NCBI GenBank assembly: GCA_043800705.1
Contig: JAZDMS010000036.1
Coordinates: forward strand, 1-45,227
DNA length: 45,227 bases
From: Candidatus Altiarchaeota archaeon
GTDB taxonomy: Archaea; Altiarchaeota; Altiarchaeia; IMC4; SCGC-AAA252-I15
Direction: 5' to 3'
The position numbers were made by a program, and so were the translations under genes. Shown one piece after another: positions 19,322 to 29,000 of the stretch. The notes below the pieces were generated by a model, which saw only the letters and a list, made by a program, of their open reading frames with translations, ran no database searches and was not told the origin of the DNA. Positions within the stretch are counted from its first letter, which is position 1. Each line of letters starts with the position of its first letter.

Positions 19322-19435
19322 GGTTGAGATTACAGGAGCCCCCAAAAGGGGCATCCTTCAAATCTCAACCTCGGCGTAACCTCGGTTGAGATTACATGAA
19401 AGCCCAAAAGGGCGTACATTCAAATCCCAATCCCC
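19322..19435 (+). repeat. Two ~62-bp hairpin repeat units ending in copies of the tRNA-Ser 3' end
   Basis: Both units (19322, 19384) start GGTTGAGATTACA and contain a GCCC..AAAA..GGGC hairpin. They end in TTCAAATCTCAACCTCGGCGT (19357-19377, 20/21 identical to tRNA 19259-19279) and TTCAAATCCCAATCCCC. Confidence 0.85.
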
Positions 19436-19478
19436 ATATCTAGCGTACTTAAACGGGCATTTCCAGTAAATTGATGCC

Positions 19479-19997
19479 ATGATAAACGAAAAGAATTATG
19501 TGCCAGACCGCATACCTCCAAGTTCGATCCCGCCCCTGAGGCGCCTGAAAGGCGTAGTCTTCAAGGCTTCCTCGGAGGATAGCGGCACATTCACAGCGTC
19601 GTTGATACTCGGGAAAGGCTCTATACCCTGCGTCGCCTCCACCTTCGAAGAACTGCTCGATAAAAGCCGCGAGACTGCTAAAGAAAACAGTGATAAACTC
19701 AATAGTAGCGGGTTAAATCCCGAAGGGCCGATCAAAGTCGTATTCGATGGCTTCCTTCGCCGCAGCTCGGAGGAGGGCATTATCCCGCAAGTGACTATGC
19801 AAGGAGCCAAAATATCAGACGGCTATGCCGCAGAGCATGTCGTAGATGAAGTGCCGATCGTGGTCCGTCGGCCGACGTTCAAAGAACTCTGCGCAGCTAT
19901 CATCTCCGAGACTGACCGGGTATTGACCACCCCCCCGATCACCCACCATTTCGGTGGAAAACCGAACATTCTTCTGCGGCTAACTGCAACTGTCTGA
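19479..19997 (+). CDS. Hypothetical protein with two tandem HicB/DUF1902-like repeats
   Basis: Internal duplication: EDSGTFTAS...CVASTFEELLD and SDGYAAEH...VRRPTFKELCA. Beta-beta-beta-alpha pattern as in the HicB N-terminal domain. Confidence 0.55.
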   Translation: MINEKNYVPDRIPPSSIPPLRRLKGVVFKASSEDSGTFTASLILGKGSIPCVASTFEELLDKSRETAKENSDKLNSSGLNPEGPIKVVFDGFLRRSSEEGIIPQVTMQGAKISDGYAAEHVVDEVPIVVRRPTFKELCAAIISETDRVLTTPPITHHFGGKPNILLRLTATV

Positions 19998-20055
19998 ATC
20001 ATGCCTCGATGCGGCGGTTTGGTTATGTATTTTCTCCCTCGGAAAGTCAGGTTAT

Positions 20056-23000
20056 TTATTCGGCGATGCTTTTTTGTTTGTTTCTTTCCGCTTCGTCGAT
20101 GAGTTCCTGCATTTTTTCAGGGCTTAGGTCTCGTTTGCCTTCTGAATATTCGTGCCATTCTTTGCGGTGGTCTTCGTCTGTGAGGTTTTGTTCCACTACT
20201 CTGTTGAGTTGATTATTGGCGGCCGTTGCTATCAGCTCTTGCATGCGTTGGTTGCTTGCGGGAGAATTGGGCGCATTACCTATGCATTCTCTCAACTCGG
20301 CTGTCTCATCAGAACTCAGGTATGCTCCGCAATCGTCGATTAATCTCTTCCGGGACGCCGCTTCCAAGAGGCATCTGTTGAGGTCTTCGGCAGGTATTTC
20401 TCCGCCGTGCCTGTATGTTTCCCAGGCTCTTTTACTCCGGTCAGTCGTCAGATTTTCGGCTATGGAGTTCTCAAAGTTTTCCTCGGCCTTGGTTCTTAGC
20501 GTGTTGAATTTTTTCTTTTCATCCTCTGTCAGGCCGTTTAATGGGTCGCTCTCCGTGGGTTTGTCTATTTTCCCTATGAGCCTTGCCGCTTCCGCCTTCT
20601 CTTCTGGCGCCGGCAGGTGGCTGGTGACCGAGGCTGAGAGTTGTTTCTTTGTCGATTCTCGGATTAGGCGTTCTCTTTCTTGGGGGGATATGGGGTTTCC
20701 TTGCATTTGTTGAGCCCATTGTTGCCGGTCTTTAGGTTCTGTGAGGCCGCTCATTACGCCGTTCTCGAATTGGCGTATGCTGTCCGTGAATGCTTTGCGG
20801 CCTTCCTGAATGGCGCGCGAATCATGTATGCCTGGGGCTCTGCTGAAAAGGAGGTTCATTCCGATGGTATGGCTGGATTCATCCGGGTTTCTTATGAGGT
20901 CTGCGATTTCTGGCATGTTTTCGCGGAGGTATTTGTATTCGGCCTCTGCGTTTTTTGCCATTAAGGCATCTTCCTTCTTTTTGTGTTCCTGTGCGAGTTT
21001 TTCCCTGAGTGCGGGGTCTGTCTGCTGTTTTCGTTCAGCTTCGTGCTTTGCATGCATTAATGCCTCTGCTTTCTTGTGCGCTGATTCGTATTCTGTCAGG
21101 TTTTTTTCAAGGGATTTCATGTATGAGTCGCTGGTTTTATGGGCCTTCTCGGGGTCTGGGACTTTGACATCATACGAGCCGCCCGCGTACACGTCGCCGT
21201 AGGCCCTGGTTACTGTGCGTGTGCCTGGCGTCGTGGTCTGGAGTATGGCTCGTCTGTATCTGTTTTCGAGGTCTGCCGCAATGGTTTGGCTTTCCGTGCA
21301 GAGGCCGCTGACGATTTCCATGCGTTTTTTTGGAAAGTGCCCTGTTTCTGCCGTGACTCTGCCGGTGACGGCTTCTTCCGATCTGCTCCAGTCGAAGCCG
21401 CCTCTGAGCCCGAGTATTCTCTCCGCTTCGTTGTTGTCTCCTCTTTGAGCTGCTTCTTTGAGCTGGCTTATCTGTTCCCAGCTGAGTTCCCTTCCTGGAG
21501 CGAGCATGCCCGCGGACCTGAGGCCGTTGGTCGTATGTCGCACTGCGACTTTGTGGATGTATCTTTCCGCCTCGGGGGTCATCTCGTTTTCTTTGCCTTT
21601 AGGCATGACTAGGCCGTATCTTGTGCCGAGGATGGTGTTTTTTACGCCTACTTCATCCACCCTTTCTATCCCTTCGGCGTGTAATTGGTTCATGACAACT
21701 CCTGCTTTGGCGAGCATGCCGACTTCTCCGCATAGTGCTCCGACTTCAGCGCCGATCACCATGCCTGGGACGCCGGCCCAAGAGCCCATCTTCGCCCCGC
21801 CGGTGGCCCACGCGCCCAGACCCATCGTGACGAGGGCGCCTCCCGCCATTGCCTCTATCTCCGCCTTTCTGACGTCGCTGTCAGATCCGTTGATCATGAC
21901 GTCCTTATCCCACGCAGAGTATCCGCCATGCAATGCGAATAGGGGGCCTGCAATGTTGCCGAGCATGTGTTTGCTGACGTATCCGCCAGACGTCTGTAAT
22001 AGCTTTCTGCCGGTTAATTCCCCTGCCTTCTCCAGCCCGTGGCCTAAACTCTTGGAGGCAATCCAATCAGCGGCCTGAAACATCCTCAAGTCAGTATACG
22101 TCGAGCCGACATCGATTGCGAACGCGCCAACTCTTCCAACATCCTGGGTTTGCACATACCCCATGGAGCCAACGAACGGAACACTCGGTCCTATGGCGTG
22201 CATTGCCTCCGGATTCATACTGCCCCTGGTGTATATGTGCAAAAGGCTCAGCTCAGCTGAAATACCCTGAGCAGACAATGCAGCATTTCCTGCCCTCTTT
22301 AGGCCATTAGCTGCCGCTTCGGAAATTTTCGGCCTGCTTCTTACCGGCTTAGATGCATGTTCTGGTGTCTCAACCACGGTTGACGCATCGTCTCCCATCG
22401 TTTTCGGGGTAGTCTCACGTTCAGATTCTGCCGCTGCAACTTTAGGCTCCGACAGATCATGCGGCCTGGTCAGCGTCGTTTCAGCTGGCTTCTCAATACT
22501 CCTTCTCGCCTCGGGTGTTGAAGGCCCTTCTTTTGGCTGGCTCTCCGTAGGTTGTTCTGAGACCGTCGGCATCCTCATCGGCGTCTTTTGGTGTTCGACG
22601 ACTTTGGGCGAGTTCCTGTATTTTTTTATGAACTCTTCTCTGTAATCATCTTTGCTGCCTCTCATGAACGCCTTCACTTCAGCCTTGTCGGCGCCTGTCG
22701 CTTCTGCAATTGCCCTCTCGCATGCGTCTGCTGTTCCTTTTGCGACGTGGCCTTTCTCATCCTGCGAGTCACACCATCCGATGCCCGTCTTGCCGAACAT
22801 TGTATTCCTGTGCCCTCCAGTTTGTTTGATTACCGCCTTCCTTCCATACAGCCCCTCATACATCTCCCTGATCCTATTCTCATAGATAATCAAGTCTGGA
22901 GTTGCAGGGACCCCCGGCCCTAAAATGCGCTTGGCGGATTCTAAGACCTGGTCAGCGGCTGGTTCTGCCTCTATGTATTTTTCGGGATTGTTCATCCTGT

Positions 23001-26000
23001 CTGTGATCTCCAATGCAGCTTCCCTGACTTTGGGGTCGCTGGAGTTCTGGGCAGCCATTATCTCCCTGTACGGGCCCCTGCCTAAGCCCTCCCCTATGGT
23101 GTCATACTGGTGTTGTCCGAGTCTGGCGAGTTCCTTTATGGCTGCGTCCCTCTTAGGGCCTTCGGCTCCCAGGTCTTCGATGTATCTTTTCGCTATTTGG
23201 GTCCTGGCCTCCAGCGCCATCTCCCTGATCTTCGAGGCCTGTTGCTGGTCGCTTTCGCATTCCTTCAAGAGTTCCGGTATCTCAGGGGGGGCTTTGATGC
23301 CGTCCGGGCTGCCGTGCTTTCCAGCGTTGGTCAATGCCTCAGTGAAGTATTCGTCCATTATGGCCCGTTCGTTTCTAGGGTCTATCTTCCACTTTTTTGT
23401 AATATGCTCGGTTGCCCTTTTCCTCTCTTCGGGGCTCATGAGTTCCCATATGGCCTCCTTATCCGCCCTGCTCATGGCATCTACTATGCCGTGGTTGTCT
23501 TCGTGCGAGATGATGTATCTCGATGATACTCCCTTGTTCCTCGGGTTTCTGTTCACGAGGCTGAGATTTTCTGCGCTCATGGCGGCATCCCTGAAACGGT
23601 TCACGTATGCTTCGTCCCTTTCCTGGGACCTTAAAAGCTGTGCCAGCTGCTCCACAACCCCCCTCCGTATAGTAGCGTCACAGTATAGGCCTGCATCGGT
23701 TAGCTGGCATCCTTGCGGAAGGTTCAACCTCTCGAAGTCGACCGCTATCGTCGCGGTCTTGTCGATCCGCCTCTCATGCCTCCTAATCAGGGAATCAACC
23801 CCAGATACCGTCTCGGCGTCGTAGCGAATGGCTCGGGCAGGGTCGATTTCTGCAGCCGATGGCGCCCGCATAGGCGTCACATCATTAGCCAATGGCCTCA
23901 GCCCCCTTGTCAGTCCTCTTTGGGTTTTTTCCCAGACCGACTCCATCGCCCTGCGCATGAGTCTGTCTTCTCCGATGGCTTCGTTTTCGGCTGCTATGGC
24001 GTCCTTTTTTGCTTCCGCAGGGCTCTTGCCTTCCCTGAGGCTTGCCAGTTCCCTAGTCTTGGAAGCCCTTATTACGTCCTCAACCCTTTTTTCCAGCTGG
24101 CGCAATTCATCATATTGGTGTTTGGCTCTCAACTCCTCGGTTATTCCTCCATGATCCAATGCACGATTTATATTCCATGCGCTACCTATGCCAAAGACTG
24201 GTTTTCCATTGACGACTTCCGTGAAACCCCCCTCATATTCCCCGGATGGGGAAAACTCTTTTTTCCACTGCGCCAGGCTTCTTACATCTTGGGCTGTGTA
24301 TATGTATACCGGGATCCTTTCGTCTGGGATGCCGAGTTTTTTTGCGTAGTAATATCTGGTGTTACCGTCCATCAAAGTTCCATTGGGTATGGCTTTCAAC
24401 CTAGTTGGATGCCTGTTCAGGTCCCTCTCCAGCTTGCCTCTCCTCGTATCCGGCAGGTCAAACAAACCAATGCCTAAATCTCTCCTGAGGCTTGCCAGCT
24501 TAGCTTCCATATGTCCCGGCGGATTTTGGAACTTCAGCTCAAACCCACCGGATGGTTCGGCCTCCGCATTCACAGAGGGCATCCGCTTCGGCGCCCCCTC
24601 AGGGCTTACAGTTTCTCTACTACCGCCAACGGCGGCATCTCCTACTCCTGCGGCGTGTCGGGCGTTCGCATCCACGTCAGTCGGCGGCGCAGGTTCCTTG
24701 AAATCATCCCATGGATAGCCTCCGCGTATCCTTCCCTGAGACTCCGCCCAGTTTTCCCGCACAGCCTGATACGACCTCTCGCCGCCGAGCACTTCATTCG
24801 CCCTCCTGCTGTACTGGTCGACAGTGAGCGAGCTCTCCAAGAGTCTTCGAAGCCTCACGAAGGCCTGCTTATCTGTCAATCCCTCCTTTTCAACCAGATG
24901 CTTCATCAAATTCTCGCTGTTTCTGACGGTTGAGTCCACCATGCCCTTAATCAAATGCTCATCTGAGCTGTATCCGCTGAACTGCCGTATATAAGATTCT
25001 GACTCCAGCTTCAACGCCACATCCCCCCAGGTTTCACCCCCTCCTTTGACGTTTTCGATGTTTGCGAGAACCTCCGTCAACAACCTGTTCGCTGCCTGGC
25101 GGTGCCCGGACAATATGTCCTTATCATGCCGCCTCTCATGCATCGCAGTCACCCTGTCGTAGTCAAAGACCACCGAAAGGCCGCTCTCTCCGAATCTGCC
25201 GGGCATTGAGCCTTTCCGGATGTTGAATCCCCTAGTCGGAGTGTAAATTTCATCAGTGTTGCTTCTTCCCATCCCAAGCTTCTCCTTCACTTGGGCATAC
25301 TCTTCATTCCGCCTCCATCTGCTAATGATATCCCTCACGGCCTGGCTCCTCTCACCTTCAGTTCCTGGCCCCTCGGATGCTTTAATCATCTCGGCCCTGG
25401 GGTTCCAGTCCCTGAAATACACGGCTCCGGTGGAGGGGTCAAATCTGGCATGCATGAGATCCTTCGCGCTCAGCGCCCCCTCCCCCGTCAGTTCGAACGC
25501 CTCATTGAGGCCGTCGGCGAGGTACTGCCTTGCCTTTTCGGCGGTTTCTGGGACGTCGGAGTTGAGGCCATTAAGGTTCGACGTCAAATTCGCGTCCTTC
25601 ATGCGTTGTTCTATTTTCCTATCTGCGATCTCCAGCCTAAGCTGCTGTTCTTCCGCGTTCACCTGCCGCCCCGGCCTTTCCATGTAGGTGGCAAGGTAGT
25701 CTTGGATTATGAGGTCGGCGGTCGTCGAAGGCCGCATATCTCCAATGGACGGTGCAGTCGTCGTGGGCGTCTCGTCAGGCTTTTGGAATACCGGCTGGGT
25801 AGGCGGCTTAATCACCTTTCCCTTCCCCCATTCAGTTGTGACATACTCGTATTGGGGGGTTATTTGGATGATATTGAACTCCAGCCCCCCCGCTGTGGTC
25901 CTCTCGTAGCTTGCTTCAGCTATGCCGCCGTCTTTTGCCGGGCCTATGAAACGTGCTTGGCCATACCGGGTCGTTATTGTCTTTCCCATGGAGGTCGGTG

Positions 26001-29000
26001 TGGGAGTATTGGTGTACCTGAGTGGGTGGGCGGGTGATATTCCCTTGCCTGTGAACTCATATGTCAGCCGCTCGTGCAAGGAAGGCTGCAGCTCCGGGGG
26101 CAGGTCATGGGCTAAGAACGCCGAAGTAGAGCAGGAGTTGGCAATAACAGTGGCATTTTCCCTGATGAAGCCGCGGATTACGGCATCAGCCCTCTCCCCC
26201 ATGATGTCGGTTTCAAATATGTGACTATTTTTTCCCTCACCCAATTGTATGCTGCCTGGTTGTCCATGTCCGCTGAGGATGACGTATTCGGCTTTGCCGA
26301 ATTCGCTTGCGTGGCTGCCAAGCCTGTGTGTGAGGCTGATTTTGTCATTTGCCTCGTTAATCCTGAATCCCTCATTTACGACAAGGTCTTCGTAGAAACC
26401 TTTTAGAACATCGGTGTGGAATGCGCCGTTCCAGTCGGTCTCAGGGTTGACGATGATGCCTGAACGTTTAGGCTTGGCAGATTCCAGGACCGCCTCGATT
26501 TCGGCAGTCGGCTTGTTTTCAACCCGCAAAGCCTTCAATTGCCCCTCTAGGCCTTTTAGGTGCATATCCTGGTAATACTGGGTGAGGAGTGTGCCGGCCG
26601 TATATCTGCCGTGGTTTTGTATGCCGTATCTTTCATACAGGTATTTTGCGGCCTCGGGGGCTTTTTCGCAGAGTTGGGCTAATGTGCTTATGTTGTCGTG
26701 GAATTGTTTGACCCTGTTTATCCTGGCCTGCTCCGTGTTTTCAATGCTGCGGTCCACGTTCCGCCACCACGTATCTAACAGCTTGTCTGCATCGAGGCCT
26801 GAGGGTTTGATGATCTTTTCCCTGATATACTGGGTCGCTTGCATGTTCCCCTTTTCATGCCCGTCAGCCAACGCATTGATGATTCCGTCTCGTATCCCCT
26901 TGTCTTCCGTCGACGCAAGGACCGATGAGAATATGTCCGACGCCTTCTGCCCTAACTTTTCAGGATTCGCTTTCGCCAGCTCCAAAAGCCCCTGAGACGC
27001 CTCGAACGTCGGCGGTTCAAACTCCAAGCCACCCATCGTAAACGGTTTAGAGGAGCCGCATATGCTTCTGTCGAGGTTCTTGAGGAGGATGTCTGAATTT
27101 TGCTCCAGGAAATCCCTGCTGAAAGCATCATTGGCTGAGGTGCCTTCCCCGATGGCTTTCGCTATGTTGGCTGCGAATTGGGGATTTTCGTCCCCTATCA
27201 GCCGCACCAGTTCCGATTTGGCTAATTCCGACGATTCTCCCTTACCTGATGCCGCCTTTATCAGTGTGCGGGCGCAGTCCAGGCCTCCGGATTCGCCGGC
27301 ATAATCGGAGTGGTCTACAAGGAAACCTATATCTTCGACTGATATGCTTCTGCCGCCCACAAGGGCTGAACCGAGGCGCTTTGCCTGTCCAATAATTTCC
27401 TTCTTCGTGTAATCTAGTGTGAGCTGCTCCTTGTCCGGCTGCGGCGCCGATTCGACTAAAGGCTCCCCCGCTCCGGTCTGCGCCGGCTTACTGTTGAATC
27501 TGGAGGCCATCCGGGGGAACAACACGGGCGTTGCATTCCCCCTCCGCTCATCAACCGCTTTATCGTATTCTTTGATTCCCCGATCCTCACTCTCATAGAG
27601 ATTCACAAGTTTCCCGTCCAGTGTCTTAAAACGTCTGGCTCGAGGAAACTTATCTAGGATAAAAGTCCGAAATGACGGCTCGTCATCGATCAATTCGATG
27701 CGGTTGCCGTAAGCGGTCGTGAAAGTCCTAAGCTTTGGCCATGGGGGCTCATACTTGCGGTCGTAGGTCTTGAAGCCGAAGCCTTTGTCATGGGCTCTCT
27801 CAATCTCCCTTAGTGCTTCGCCGGAGGATGTAAAAAACAAACGATCGCCTCCCTCACCCCAGCCCGAAGCCCGAAAGCCCGGGAATATAGAACGTCCGGG
27901 GCGCAGGCCGTCAAGCTTTGTCCTGCACGCCTCAGGGAACTGCCGAAATCCCCTGCCGAGGTCCGCTCCATTGTCGCCAGCCAAAGCCGTCCCCGCCGCC
28001 ACCTCACGGCTTCCCGCCACAGCTGAAGAAGCGGCCTCGCCGGTGTAGGAGGATCCGGCAGGCGTAGCCGGCGTCGCGAAAGGCGCCACGACCGTATTCT
28101 TTGATATGTTTTCTAGGGCCTTCTTAGCCATCCCCTTATAATGGTCGGAGAGACGTCTGTCGGAAACGTCGGACTCGAACATTTTTTTCGCCATTTCGGC
28201 GGATGCCGCGCCCAATCCGAATTCTTCCAGGTCCATGCCCCGTGCGGCACCCTCGACGAGCGACAGTCTTTCGAGAGTCCTTCCGCGGATGAGGGCATAT
28301 CCGTCGCCTCCCGCATTTTCCGTCAATTTCGCGCCGTACCTGCGCAAGGCCATGTATTCTTCGCGCGTACGCCCCGGCCTGAATATCTCATCCAATATTT
28401 TCCCCCTCAGAGGCCTCAACGTCGTCGCATCCTTCTCGCTAAGCAATGCACGGGTCCCCAGAGGGCCTTCTTCGGTGACTGGGGCTATGTGTTTGGGATT
28501 TGAAGCCTCCTTAGAGCTCTCGCCAGTCTGCCTCATCATCTCCTCGACCACGTCGGGCCTATTCTCCAACTCCTCGACCATCCTCTTCGGGCTAAGCGCA
28601 TGTCCGCCTATCATCTCCGATGCGTCTTCCAGTAGGTCGGGCCTCTCCAGGAGCTTGTTGATCGCGTCGTCTGCTCCCCTTCCCTTAGACAACGCATCCT
28701 GCAGTATGTCTGGCCTCTGTTGTAGCTCGTCTATGACTTCCTGGTGCTTTTTGCCGTCGTATCCGCCGCGCTTTGCCGGATCGTCGAGCGTTTCCTGCAT
28801 GTATCCTTCGAGCCTTTGTATGCCCGCTTTTGGGTCGGCTGTTTCGAAAGGGTCCGTCTTTTTGTCCATGCCGGATCCCCTTTCATGTGTGTATCCGGGG
28901 AGCCTTTGGATGTCTTCGTTAGTGTAATGGTTGTCGCCTATCCCGGCCCTCCCCCCCATGTCCGGGGTGTATCCCGGGAGCCGTTGAATGTCTTTGTCCG

